From: a virus
Virus record (IMG/VR): IMGVR_UViG_3300050192_000013
Coordinates: 3,705 to 67,704 of that record
DNA: 64,000 bases
Direction: 5' to 3' (one strand)
Shown here: positions 17,177-26,572 of the stretch, one piece after another
How the letters are laid out: every line of letters begins with the position of its first letter
Numbering within the stretch: the first letter of the stretch is position 1
Made by a program: the position numbers and the translations under genes
Notes under the pieces: generated by a model
The model's input: only the letters and a program-made list of their open reading frames with translations
The model's database searches: none
What the model was told of the DNA's origin: nothing

Positions 17177-17491
17177 TCACCCTCTTGCCTTACGTGCATC
17201 CTTAAACGCCATTACTTCGTAAATATGGTCGCGAATCTGGCAGACTTCGGTGAGTACTTCGGTCAATCGTTCCTCACGGATACAGTGTTCCTTAATCGCG
17301 CGTTGCTCACTCCGGTCTAGGTAATGGTCGCGCGAGTTTGGCGCTGCATGCCCCATCGCCGTCATAAGCACGCGGAACGCCTGCACCACGCCGTCGATTT
17401 GGCTGCGCAATTCCTCCGCGCTCGTGCCGTTGTAATGGATGGTTGGCACGGATACGGTATGCGCGATTTCACAGAAGGGGCAGTTAGTCAT
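17177..17491 (-). CDS. Hypothetical protein (MTNCPFCEIAH..)
   Basis: RBS GAGGA upstream. Confidence 0.5.
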   Translation of the reverse strand: MTNCPFCEIAHTVSVPTIHYNGTSAEELRSQIDGVVQAFRVLMTAMGHAAPNSRDHYLDRSEQRAIKEHCIREERLTEVLTEVCQIRDHIYEVMAFKDARKARG

Positions 17492-17507
17492 TACTCGACC
17501 ATCCTCG

Positions 17508-17720
17508 TTACGCCACGTCGAAATGCGCCATAACCACCTGTAGTACGTGGTCGTAGTCTCCATCCATCATCTCGGATTGCACTGCATCCCACTGTTCAGG
17601 TTTCCATCCAGCCCTACGTGCGGCCTTGTGGCAGCGCCCCATGATGGAGAATACGTTGCCGTCTTCGTCGATCAGTTTCACGGTCGGCTTCGTGGTTTCG
17701 GTAGTAGTTTTAGTTGCCAT
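17508..17720 (-). CDS. Conserved small phage protein
   Basis: KPTVKLI.EDGN.F.I.GR..KA.RRAGW......M.GDYDH.LQ. Confidence 0.7.
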   Translation of the reverse strand: MATKTTTETTKPTVKLIDEDGNVFSIMGRCHKAARRAGWKPEQWDAVQSEMMDGDYDHVLQVVMAHFDVA

Positions 17721-17725
17721 ACGAT

Positions 17726-17905
17726 TCACCGTGCCATCCTTGCGGTAGCGGCGATAAGGTCGCGATTCAGCCGGTCAACTTCATCGCTCATGGCGTTCAA
17801 CAATATACAGCAGGAGGCCCGATTGGTCTCGGCGGCGCACAGGGCGCGGATGAGGTTCTCTACTTCGGTTGTATCGGCAGGTGCAATGTTCGTTCGAGTT
17901 GCCAT
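17726..17905 (-). CDS. Hypothetical coiled-coil protein
   Basis: Short ORF in the operon. Confidence 0.45.
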   Translation of the reverse strand: MATRTNIAPADTTEVENLIRALCAAETNRASCCILLNAMSDEVDRLNRDLIAATARMAR

Positions 17906-17912
17906 ATGGTTA

Positions 17913-18170
17913 TCACTCGCCGATTGCGACTTCACGGGAAGCGGGCAGTCCCTCGGCGTCCTCGCCCCAGAGTACAACATTGGCTCGTGGCGCATCCTTA
18001 AGGGCCGTCAAAACTTTGTATTCCCCAGACGGCATCGCGAGTTTTACTATGGCAAAGACACCTTGCCGCTTCAGGCCGTCCCTTATTGCTGTGCATTCCG
18101 GCTTGCTGCGGGAAACGTACACCGATATCGCCAGACCTTCGATTGTTTTGGCTGCTGTTTTGGTTGCCAT
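17913..18170 (-). CDS. Hypothetical protein, leaderless
   Basis: ATG lies 6 nt after a TACACT -10 element. Confidence 0.55.
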   Translation of the reverse strand: MATKTAAKTIEGLAISVYVSRSKPECTAIRDGLKRQGVFAIVKLAMPSGEYKVLTALKDAPRANVVLWGEDAEGLPASREVAIGE

Positions 18171-18176
18171 ATGGAA

Positions 18177-18264
18177 AGTGTACGCCACAGCGGGGCGCAT
18201 TGCAAGAGATTTCTAAACTTTATTTTCAAAACTATTGACTTGGAGCTGCGCACCATGCGATTAT
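18177..18264. promoter_or_regulatory. Back-to-back divergent promoters
   Basis: Minus strand: TTGCAA-17-TACACT (18205-18177). Plus strand: TTGACT-18-(TGn)GATTAT (18235-18264). Confidence 0.55.
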
Positions 18265-18272
18265 CGGTTAGG

Positions 18273-18443
18273 ATGAATGCAAAAACGGCATTACAACCAA
18301 AACCCAATACGACGGTGTTCACGCCGCGAGGTCTATGGGTGCGATTCCGCGAGGAAGCTAGACGGCGCGATCTATTCCTATGGAAAGCGCATCGGGAAGC
18401 GCTGGAGTTGTGGCTAAAGCACGGGAAGGGCGGCGCAGTATGA
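18273..18443 (+). CDS. Ribbon-helix-helix (Arc/MetJ-like) DNA-binding protein
   Basis: NTTVFTPRGLWVRFREEARRRDL.LW.....ALELWL fits a beta-alpha-alpha pattern. Confidence 0.6.
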   Translation: MNAKTALQPKPNTTVFTPRGLWVRFREEARRRDLFLWKAHREALELWLKHGKGGAV

Positions 18444-18604
18444 GTACGGCAAAGCAAAACATATGCAAAACTGCTGTTGATGTAGCGCAAAAAGAAGTGG
18501 ACGCCGAACTGGAACGCATGGCAGTTCTTGGTACCAATGTTGAGTCAATGTCCAGAACTGTTCGAGAGCCGCGAAGGGAAATGGCACGCACGAGATTGAA
18601 ATGA
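18440..18604 (+). CDS. Hypothetical protein
   Basis: ATGA-coupled. Confidence 0.4.
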   Translation: MSTAKQNICKTAVDVAQKEVDAELERMAVLGTNVESMSRTVREPRREMARTRLK

Positions 18605-18762
18605 GCGCCAGCACTATATACGCCTACGCCGCGCTTCTATTTGGGTCGGTAGCCAGTTACATGCTACCCTCTTGGGAATCGTTTGCAAAAATGGCGCTAT
18701 TGTCGTTCATGCTGTTTATGATGGCGGTCGTCCTTGCGGTAAAGGAAAACCGGCCTCGATAG
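18601..18762 (+). CDS. Small two-TM membrane protein
   Basis: MSASTIYAYAALLFGSVASYMLPSWESFAKMALLSFMLFMMAVVLAVKENRPR; read manually. Confidence 0.45.
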   Translation: MSASTIYAYAALLFGSVASYMLPSWESFAKMALLSFMLFMMAVVLAVKENRPR

Positions 18763-18959
18763 TGCGCCGTGCCGTGCTGGATCATATGCGCGCGGTGCGG
18801 GACAGGCCACGATAACCGCGGAAACCTAGTTACTGCGGTTATCGCGGCACGCGAGACGTAGCCGGGTTGCCCGCGCGTTGGTGTGTTTTCCGCAGGCGCA
18901 GCGGGCTTTGGTGAGGGGTGGGCGGCCGGCACCTTTGCGCTTGCCGCCCCAAGTGTTAT

Positions 18960-19322
18960 TCATCGATCCACCCTGCCCGCAAACCGCTTGAAATCGGCGG
19001 CTCTTTTGAATCGTGCGTCAGCCTCCATGCGGTCGAGTAACGCGCTTTTGCAGCGCATTCCGTCAAATACTACCGTGTCGCGCATCTCGGGCGACCACAG
19101 AGTCACTTTATGCGCCTCTCGGTCGGTGACCGTGTAGCCCAATTCGGCGAGCGATGCGGTTAAAGCGGCAGCAACGTTATCGAATCTTTCCCGCGCAACC
19201 GCGTAGGTTTCGTCGGGATAACGAATCGTGGACATGGACTCGTGATCCACGAGCGGACTGACGATTGCGCTTAGCGCCCCGATCCGCTGCGTATCTGGCC
19301 GTTTCTGTTTGGCTGTTGCCAT
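18960..19322 (-). CDS. Hypothetical protein
   Basis: RBS AGGAG; upstream CTGACA-17-CATAAT promoter-like sequence. Confidence 0.6.
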   Translation of the reverse strand: MATAKQKRPDTQRIGALSAIVSPLVDHESMSTIRYPDETYAVARERFDNVAAALTASLAELGYTVTDREAHKVTLWSPEMRDTVVFDGMRCKSALLDRMEADARFKRAADFKRFAGRVDR

Positions 19323-19694
19323 TTCTGTATCTCCTATCTTGATTATGTAGCACGCCGCGCAAAATGTCAGCATTGAATTTGTAGCTTTTCTCGCCTCGGG
19401 CGAAGATTTTAGCGAAGGAAGGGCGAAGGTATAATACCGCCCTCGACCCCGGGCCGCCCCCGTCGTCTTCCACTGCACTTGACAATACATTTAAAGCCGT
19501 GCTTAAATTCTAGTCAATGCTTCATCCTGGAAGGTCGGATGCGTCGGGCGGTAGCGGAACCTCCCGCCCGATAGCACTTCATTCTTCCTTTCCCTTCCAA
19601 ATTAAGCAAAACAGCACCCGCTTTTGTAACGCGGCGTAACGCCCCACCGGCACGCGCCGGTTACCCATCAGGGTCCCACAACCCCAATCACGCC

Positions 19695-20036
19695 ATGGCG
19701 AAATCCGTTCGCATCATCGACAGTTCTGGATCAGAATCGCGCATGAAATTGAAGCGCGTTCTCGAACACCATACAGCCGGCAGCGGCGAGTTCCATCGCG
19801 GAACATTCTACTTCCGCCGCGCGTCCGAAGTCTCCCCCATCCTCGCGCAAGCCGGATTGCAAGCGGACCATCGGCCCAGTCTGGCAGACAGGCTTTCCGC
19901 ACTCCCGTGCTGGCCGGATACCGATGGCCGCAGGTACACTGACGGCGTTTCGATTGAGGGCTTTCTACCCTATCCGCAGCCTTCCCTATGCACTGCCGGG
20001 CTGAAGTACGCGGGCATTGCAAACTTCGGAAAGTGA
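19695..20036 (+). CDS. Hypothetical protein
   Basis: 113-aa ORF. Confidence 0.5.
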   Translation: MAKSVRIIDSSGSESRMKLKRVLEHHTAGSGEFHRGTFYFRRASEVSPILAQAGLQADHRPSLADRLSALPCWPDTDGRRYTDGVSIEGFLPYPQPSLCTAGLKYAGIANFGK

Positions 20037-20131
20037 TGGTAAACTGTTTGTTTGTACTATTGATTGGTTCGATTTAAGCCCTACCGATAGTGCTCATGCT
20101 TTGCGCACGAATGGGCAATACGTCTTGGGTT

Positions 20132-20215
20132 GGGCCAGTCGTTCAACTTAGTTACGGCGGCCAGGATACCGGGCTAGAAACCCGGAGATACGGGTTCACG
20201 TCCCGCTTTGGTCCA
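20132..20215 (+). tRNA. Atypical tRNA-like element, nominal anticodon AGA
   Basis: Acceptor GGGCCAG/TTGGTCC; D stem GTTC/GGAT with 19-nt loop; anticodon stem CCGGG/CCCGG with loop CTAGAAA; T arm CGGG-TTCACGT-CCCG; no encoded CCA. Confidence 0.6.
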
Positions 20216-20496
20216 ACCCATCAACTACTTGATTCCCATGTTCCTGATTACATCAACGACGGCTGCGAACGGCGAACGGCTTGTGCGGAATCGCGGGCTA
20301 AATCTGGCGCGAACGGCAGCGGCTCAGCGTAACTTCCAACGGACCAATGTATCGACCAAACTATGCCCTGGCCGACGCGACGGGAGCGCTGGCTGTGGCC
20401 GTAGGATCTCCGCGAATAAGGAACAGTGCGCAGCGTGCCAATCCTAATCAACCCCAGGGGTCGAATCGGCCCCTGTAGTTCCACTCTATAAAAATC

Positions 20497-21798
20497 ATGG
20501 CACTTGAAATCGAAATGTGGCCCACGGACAAACCTGTGGATTATGCGCGTAACGCCCGCAAGATCACAGAGAAGGCTGTCGATAAAGTTGCCGCGTCAAT
20601 CAAGGAATTCGGATTTCGTCAACCCGTGGTCGTGGATAAAGAAGGCGTTATCTGCATCGGGCATGTGCGCCGGCGTTCCGCGAAAAAGTTAGGGCTGGCA
20701 GAGATACCAGTTCACATCGCCTCAGATCTGACTCCTGGTCAGATTAAAGCCTTGAGAATTATGGACAATAGGAGCAGCGACGAAGTGCAGTTCGACTTCG
20801 AGCTACTTGGTCCCGAACTACTCGACTTGAAGCTACTCAACATCGACCTCGCGCTAACGGGATTTGATATGCCGGAGTTGGACCGCATCCTAAACGTGGG
20901 CGGCGCGACCGAGGGCGAGGACGATGTACCCGAGCCGCCCGTTAACCCGGTAACGCGGTTAGGTGACATGTGGCTGCTGGATAGCGCGGCTAAGGGCGCT
21001 AGCGGCGAAACGCTCCAGCATCGCGTGTTGTGCGGCGACAGCACGAAGGCGGAAGATGTCAGCGTGCTGTTGGGCGGCGTGCCTGCGCCGTTCCTGATGT
21101 GCATCGACCAACCATACGGTGATTCGTACGATCCTGAGTGGCGTCTAGACGCTGGCTTGAATAAGCCGTGGCAAACGCGTGCTGAAGGTAAAGTAAAGAA
21201 CGACGACCGTGTGGATTGGTCCGCTGCTTACGCGCTATTCCCTGGCGACGTTATCTACGCGTGGCATGCGGGCATCCACGCAGGGGAAGTGGCCGTTGGC
21301 CTTCATTCGCAAGGGTTTCACATCCGCGCGCAAATCATCTGGGCAAAGCCCAGTTTAGTTATCGGGCGTGGCCATTACCACTGGCAGCATGAGCCTTGCT
21401 GGATGGCTGTCCGTAAAGGAAAAACTACCCATTGGTCGGGCGACCGCAAGCAGTCGACTCTCTGGCAAGTCGAGAATATGCATCGGACGCAAGGCAATGT
21501 GGATGACGGGAAAACGTCACACGCAACTCAAAAACCCGTAGAGTTGTACAGGCGTCCAATCCTAAACCATACCAAAGCGGGCGACGCAGTCGAAGATTGC
21601 TTTCTCGGATCAGGTACGTGCCTCGTGGCTTGCGAGTTGACGGAACGCGTCTGCTACGGATGCGAGATCGAACCAAACTACGTTGATATGGCGGTGATTA
21701 GGTGGCAGAATTTAACGAAGCGCACCGCCGTGTTGCACGGGGATGGGCGTACTTTCGCTGAGGTGGAATGCGAGAGGGCGCAAAAGGCTGCCGCGTGA
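20497..21798 (+). CDS. ParB/Srx N-terminal domain fused to N6-adenine/N4-cytosine DNA methyltransferase
   Basis: YARNARK..V..VA.SI.EFGF.QPVVVD..GH.R; HRVLCGDST; variant DQPY; H.TQKPVEL; DCFLGSGT. Confidence 0.88.
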   Translation: MALEIEMWPTDKPVDYARNARKITEKAVDKVAASIKEFGFRQPVVVDKEGVICIGHVRRRSAKKLGLAEIPVHIASDLTPGQIKALRIMDNRSSDEVQFDFELLGPELLDLKLLNIDLALTGFDMPELDRILNVGGATEGEDDVPEPPVNPVTRLGDMWLLDSAAKGASGETLQHRVLCGDSTKAEDVSVLLGGVPAPFLMCIDQPYGDSYDPEWRLDAGLNKPWQTRAEGKVKNDDRVDWSAAYALFPGDVIYAWHAGIHAGEVAVGLHSQGFHIRAQIIWAKPSLVIGRGHYHWQHEPCWMAVRKGKTTHWSGDRKQSTLWQVENMHRTQGNVDDGKTSHATQKPVELYRRPILNHTKAGDAVEDCFLGSGTCLVACELTERVCYGCEIEPNYVDMAVIRWQNLTKRTAVLHGDGRTFAEVECERAQKAAA

Positions 21799-22433
21799 AA
21801 GCGCCCTACGCCGTCATGTGCGGGGATGCGCGCGACCTGCCAACAGTGCGCCGCCTGATGGATGGCGAGAAGGCGCAGGTCGTCATCACTAGTCCGCCAT
21901 ACGCTGCGCAGCGTGAGTACGATAAATCCAGCGGCTTCGAGCCGATTCAGCCAGACAAGTACATCGAGTGGTATAAGGCGGTCGCGGAGAACATCGCAAC
22001 AGTCCTCGCGCCAGATGGCAGTTACTTCCTGAACATAAAGGAGCACGCGCAGGACGGCCAGCGCCACTTGTACGTGAAGAAGTTGGTCATCGCGCACGTT
22101 GAGCAGTGGGGTTGGCGCTTCGTGGATGAGTTCTGCTGGCGGAATACGGCGAACGGTGACCCCGGTGACCTAATCTTCGACCCCTTTGGAGGGTCTGCGT
22201 CAACTCTAGTGGCGGCGCTGCTCACTGGCAGGCGTGGCCGGATGACGGAACTGTCGCCAACGTATTGCGACGTCGCTGTATCGAGACTCCTCAAACAAGA
22301 CGCTAAACTCTCCGCGCGTCTCGCCAACGGCGGCGCATCATTCGACGAGGCGCGCGTAGGTCGCATGATGGAGCAGGAAGACGCCATCAAGGAAGACGTG
22401 ATGGAACGGTTGGAAGCGCGTGCCGCGCAATAA
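21795..22433 (+). pseudogene. Second beta-class DNA methyltransferase, apparently internally deleted
   Basis: CGDARD..TSPPY..RFVDEFCWRNTANG joins directly to DPGDLIFDPFGGSAST. The intervening region with the H.A.FP motif is absent. Confidence 0.65.
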
Positions 22434-22462
22434 AAGAAAGCCGCCAGCTTTCGCCAGCGGCT
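22432..22462 (-). terminator. Probable intrinsic terminator for the leftward DUF3489 transcript
   Basis: AGCCGC/GCGGCT stem followed by TTCTTTT on the minus strand. Confidence 0.45.
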
Positions 22463-22476
22463 CGTGGACGCGAGCG

Positions 22477-23145
22477 TTACGCCGCGATGAAATACCGCCG
22501 AGGTTCCTTGGACTCCTTATCCTTGGTGGTCTCGATGTGCAACCCTAGCTTCTTGCCGAGTGTCGCCGAAATGAAAGCTCGTGTGGTATGCGGCTGCCAA
22601 TCTGTCTTGGCTTGGATTTCCGGCACGCTGGCACCGTTTTTCCGTTTGAGAAGGTTAATGACCAACTCCATCTTGCTGCCGACGCGGGGCGTGTGCTCCG
22701 TAGGCGTGTCCACGCGTGGGGGATGCGTGGGCTTGCGTGGGGCCTTCGCTTCCTTTGGCGCTTTCTTGGCGCGTGCAGCCTTGGGCGTGGGTATGGACTC
22801 AGTATCCGTCTTGACCGGCTCCGGCGCAACGTCGGGCAGCGTGGGCGCGGCGTTGGCTGTTTCTTCGACTTCCGCGGTCGGGTTACCCAGCCGGCGGATA
22901 GCGTTCCAGAGCCGGGCGATTGCGGTCACCCGGTTCTCAAACTTCTTGACCGGCTTCAGATTCAGCGGCGGTCCGCCAGCCATGTCGTTCCAGATATCCA
23001 CGAAGCGGGTTAGCGACCAGTCTTTGCTGGTCGATTCGAATTGCTTGGCGTTGGTGAATACGGCCAGGCCGGTGATATCCTGGACGTTGGGATCGAAGCT
23101 TTCAAAGGCTTCGACTGCGTTGCTGTCGTCGATCACGAAGTACAT
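22477..23145 (-). CDS. DUF3489 domain protein
   Basis: GSKMELVINLLKR.NGASV.EI...TDWQPHTTRAFISATLGKKLGL. Confidence 0.85.
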   Translation of the reverse strand: MYFVIDDSNAVEAFESFDPNVQDITGLAVFTNAKQFESTSKDWSLTRFVDIWNDMAGGPPLNLKPVKKFENRVTAIARLWNAIRRLGNPTAEVEETANAAPTLPDVAPEPVKTDTESIPTPKAARAKKAPKEAKAPRKPTHPPRVDTPTEHTPRVGSKMELVINLLKRKNGASVPEIQAKTDWQPHTTRAFISATLGKKLGLHIETTKDKESKEPRRYFIAA

Positions 23146-23154
23146 GGTTTCTCC

Positions 23155-23421
23155 TTATTGCTTCTGGTTCGTTACTTGGTCGCGGGCGGCTTCGTATGTC
23201 ATCCCGCCAGCGCGAAGGTTGCGAATTTGCGTGAGCCGGTCAACCGGTAGCACTTCCCGCCGCAGGCGTTGGGCGCTCCTTATGCGCACGTCGCGCTTGG
23301 TGGCGACGTTGATGGCATTCCAGCCGCCGTATACGGACTCGCCAGTAATACGGACGTTGGCCAGCCTGCCGCTGACCTTGGCTTCGTAAGTGGTTCCGAT
23401 CTTGACTTCGGCTTTCTTCAT
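23155..23421 (-). CDS. Conserved phage hypothetical protein
   Basis: [17 protein letters not shown]....VRI..E...[17 protein letters not shown]. Confidence 0.7.
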   Translation of the reverse strand: MKKAEVKIGTTYEAKVSGRLANVRITGESVYGGWNAINVATKRDVRIRSAQRLRREVLPVDRLTQIRNLRAGGMTYEAARDQVTNQKQ

Positions 23422-23431
23422 GGCTGTATCC

Positions 23432-23761
23432 TTAGAATCTGCTGGCCATCTTGCTTCGGATCTCGTTGTACCGGCGCATGCCAGCGACTCGGCTGGCGAA
23501 GGATCGCGTCGTGCGTTTGCCGCTATGCCATTCGGACCCGTCACCCAAGCGGCGTGTCTCTGCTGCTGCCTTTGCCGCCGCGCTGCGCTGCACCTTCCGC
23601 TCCGCCCGCCGTTCTGCTTCCCGCGCGGCATACATGGCGTTCAACTCAGCGAAGCAGTGGGCGCAAAACCAGTCGTTCCCAGTGCTCGGGTCGCCGCCGC
23701 AGGCGGGGCAAACGCCAGGGACTCGGGATTCGCTAAATTGGATGGCTTGCTCGTGCGTCAA
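23432..23761 (-). CDS. Hypothetical Zn-ribbon protein
   Basis: CPACG...CAHC; RBS AAGGAGAA. Confidence 0.55.
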   Translation of the reverse strand: MTHEQAIQFSESRVPGVCPACGGDPSTGNDWFCAHCFAELNAMYAAREAERRAERKVQRSAAAKAAAETRRLGDGSEWHSGKRTTRSFASRVAGMRRYNEIRSKMASRF

Positions 23762-23900
23762 TTGTCCTTCTCCTTACATGATCAACTTACCTTCGATCCG
23801 TTTGATGCGCAAGATAAATCTGCTGCTACTTCGCCTCACTTTCGCTTATTTCTTCAGCGCGCTGCGATTCGGCGCGTCCATGCACGTTTCGGTCCACTAA

Positions 23901-24329
23901 ATGGGACGCCCCGCATACAAACCGACAGATAAGCAACGTGCGGAAGTGATCCTGCGCGTAACGCGCGGGGAGACGCATCAGCAGATATCGGAATCGCTGA
24001 ACATCGACAAGCACACCCTGCACAAGTACTTTAAGCCGGAGTTGGTCGATGCAGGTAGGCGGCTGAATCAGTTAATCGGTGGTACGCTGGCGGCCAAGGC
24101 ATTATCTGGCGATGTGACGTCTTGTATTTTCTGGCTTAAGTGCAAGGCTGGCTTCCGCGAGAAGGGCAGCGAATACTCACAGCAGCAGGGCGGGCGTGTC
24201 ACATACGGTTGGTCTGACGATGTGGACGCTGCCGCTACCCAACAGGCGAAGACCAAGCCATCCAAGCCGACGGAACAGCAGCAGACCGAACCGGTCGTGG
24301 ATGCGCCAGTAGGGATGCGACCAAACTGA
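23901..24329 (+). CDS. terS: Terminase small subunit (HTH type)
   Basis: MGRPAYKPT..QR..V....G....QI...L.ID..TL.KYF..EL....A..GDV...IFWLK..AG; directly upstream of terL. Confidence 0.75.
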   Translation: MGRPAYKPTDKQRAEVILRVTRGETHQQISESLNIDKHTLHKYFKPELVDAGRRLNQLIGGTLAAKALSGDVTSCIFWLKCKAGFREKGSEYSQQQGGRVTYGWSDDVDAAATQQAKTKPSKPTEQQQTEPVVDAPVGMRPN

Positions 24330-24330
24330 T

Positions 24331-25743
24331 ATGCGACCCGGTACAGAGTCAGACAACCTCGCGACGAATCCAGCGGTCATCAGCAACGCGCTAGGGACGT
24401 TTCGTCGCATCAAATATAATCCGCTCCCATCGCAGAATCGGTTTCATGGTTCACTCGCGAAGTTTCGCGGATTTTCTGGATCGATCGGTAGCGGCAAATC
24501 TGCTGCGTTAGTGCAGGAGTCAATCAAACTCGCGCTGTGTAACGCCGGCCTGCTTGGCGTAGTTCTGGCACCTACGTTCCCGGTCCTGCGCGATAGCACA
24601 GAGCGTTCGTTCTTCGATGTGCTCGAACGTAACGAGATCCCGTACGAACACCAGAAGTCAGAAAACCTCGTAACGCTAACGGAGCCTGGAAGTGAAATCC
24701 TCTTTCGCTCCGCAAATGAGTTTGAGCGCCTGCGCGGCACCAACATCGCGTGGTTTGCGTTTGATGAGTTGACTTATTGCGAGAAGGAATCCTGGCTGCG
24801 AATGATGGGCCGCTTACGCCATCCACTCGCATCCAAACTGTCCGGCATAGCTGCATGGACGCCTAATGGATTTGATTGGGTCTATGACATGTTCGTTGGG
24901 CCGAACAAGGGTGACGACTACGAAGCAATCTTGGCTACTCCGCGTGAGAACACTTACTTACCGTCTGATTTCTACGACACCCTCGCTCGTACTTACGACA
25001 CCCAATTCGCCGCGCAGGAAATCGAAGGCCAGTACCTCAATATCTTCGCGGGCCGCTGCTATCACGCATTCGACCGCGAAATACACCTGAAAAACTCCAT
25101 TTCCTACGGCTTTGACACAGGCTATCCGCTCTGCTGGTCGATGGACTTCAACATCAACCCAATGGCGTCGGTGCTGCTTCAGTTTATCGACAACACAACA
25201 CCAGCCGACCGATACGCGGGAATCAAGGTACAACGCGCGCATGTGATTGACGAGATCTGGATTCAGAACGCGACGACATTGCAGGCGTGCGAGGAGTTCG
25301 GCAACCGCACGCGCAAGATAGCGGAGTCGCTGCACGGCGGCTTGCAAGTGTACGTCTACGGCGATGCTTCAGGTGGCGCGCGGCAGACAGCGGGTAGCGG
25401 CGCTCCTTCCGATTGGCAGACCGTGCGCGAGTGGTTCAGCCGGCATCCCGAGTACAAGGTTAGTTTCAAATACAAGAAGGCGAACCCGTTTCAGAAAGAC
25501 CGCGTGGCGGCGGTTAACGGCGCACTACGGTCATCCACTGGCCTCATCAACATGTTCATCGATGCGAAGTGTAAGCATTTGATTGAGGACTTCGAGAAGG
25601 TGTCATGGAAGCCGGGTACGGCGATGATCGATAAGGATACGGACAAGATGCTTTCACATATCTCGGACGCGTGCGGGTACGCGCTGGAGGCAGAGATGGG
25701 CTTGCGCACGGCGGGCGGTTACAGCGCGCGTCAGTTGATATAA
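24331..25743 (+). CDS. terL: Terminase large subunit
   Basis: Walker A GSIGSGKS, RLRGTNIAWFAFDE (Walker B), nuclease SMDFN.NP, YGDASG, H..DA.GY. Confidence 0.95.
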   Translation: MRPGTESDNLATNPAVISNALGTFRRIKYNPLPSQNRFHGSLAKFRGFSGSIGSGKSAALVQESIKLALCNAGLLGVVLAPTFPVLRDSTERSFFDVLERNEIPYEHQKSENLVTLTEPGSEILFRSANEFERLRGTNIAWFAFDELTYCEKESWLRMMGRLRHPLASKLSGIAAWTPNGFDWVYDMFVGPNKGDDYEAILATPRENTYLPSDFYDTLARTYDTQFAAQEIEGQYLNIFAGRCYHAFDREIHLKNSISYGFDTGYPLCWSMDFNINPMASVLLQFIDNTTPADRYAGIKVQRAHVIDEIWIQNATTLQACEEFGNRTRKIAESLHGGLQVYVYGDASGGARQTAGSGAPSDWQTVREWFSRHPEYKVSFKYKKANPFQKDRVAAVNGALRSSTGLINMFIDAKCKHLIEDFEKVSWKPGTAMIDKDTDKMLSHISDACGYALEAEMGLRTAGGYSARQLI

Positions 25744-25833
25744 TCGGAGTTATGAGCGACATTCCTGCACGGCTGGCTTGAAACCGGCCCGCTTTACTGG
25801 AATATTCAAAAACGACGGACGCTTATTGTAAAA

Positions 25834-26115
25834 ATGATCATTCGCATTGACCCGCCGATTCCCCTGACCACGCCGCGAGGTCCGGCCTACGCCCATTTCT
25901 TGATCGACTACGGAACAGAGCACGACTTGCTTTGGCAAGTCTTCGTTAAGGAGACGGGCGAATCGTGGTGCATTCCAAATCGCGACGTGCGGCTTGATGC
26001 GAACTGGAGTTTAGGCGTTCGCACGGAGCAGAAGCATACAGCAGTGCCGGTCTGGTATCCGAAAGAATGTACCGCGTTTACGTGGAAAGACGCGGCGGTA
26101 GAAACGATTCACTGA
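25834..26115 (+). CDS. Conserved phage hypothetical protein
   Basis: I.R.DPPIPL.TPRG.A.AHFLIDYG.EHDL.W.VF..ETGE.W...N.DVR. Confidence 0.7.
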   Translation: MIIRIDPPIPLTTPRGPAYAHFLIDYGTEHDLLWQVFVKETGESWCIPNRDVRLDANWSLGVRTEQKHTAVPVWYPKECTAFTWKDAAVETIH

Positions 26116-26124
26116 GGTAATCCT

Positions 26125-26463
26125 ATGGCAGCATACAATGCAACGGTAACCTTCGGCGCGACCGTCACAAGCGTAGAAACCGCGCTCGGCATACCTGCTA
26201 ACGAATTTCTACGGCGCCTGATTATCGAGCCACTCCGCGCCAACACGCATGCCGGCTGGGTCGGATTCATCGCACCTAACGCGGCGGCGCTAACCACGTC
26301 TGGCGTGAATAAGGTGCAGGAGTTGGGCATTCCGCAGGCAGGTTCACCCCTTGACCGATTTATAGATGTGGCATCCGGCTCGGATCACAACATAGACGAA
26401 GGCGTGTACGCTGTCGCTGGAACCACGGGCGAAGGTTGCACGATTTCGGCGTTGACTATATAG
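26125..26463 (+). CDS. Hypothetical (possibly virion) protein
   Basis: RBS GAGG; lies between terL and portal. Confidence 0.55.
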   Translation: MAAYNATVTFGATVTSVETALGIPANEFLRRLIIEPLRANTHAGWVGFIAPNAAALTTSGVNKVQELGIPQAGSPLDRFIDVASGSDHNIDEGVYAVAGTTGEGCTISALTI

Positions 26464-26572
26464 CGATCACGGTCGAACGCCAAGTAATGTGCCAGCGTTA
26501 CTGGTCCTTCACGCTCAGCCCAAGCACGCATCGCTGGCCGGATGTAGTTATCCCGGGTTTTTCCGTTAACAC

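Noticed and set aside
18811-18843. GATAACCGC/GCGGTTATC inverted repeat as a novel element
   Set aside because: Most simply a terminator-like hairpin between convergent transcripts; nothing further supports novelty.
20174-20176. CTA in the tRNA-like loop as an amber suppressor anticodon
   Set aside because: CTA occupies positions 32-34 of the 7-nt loop; the anticodon register is AGA.
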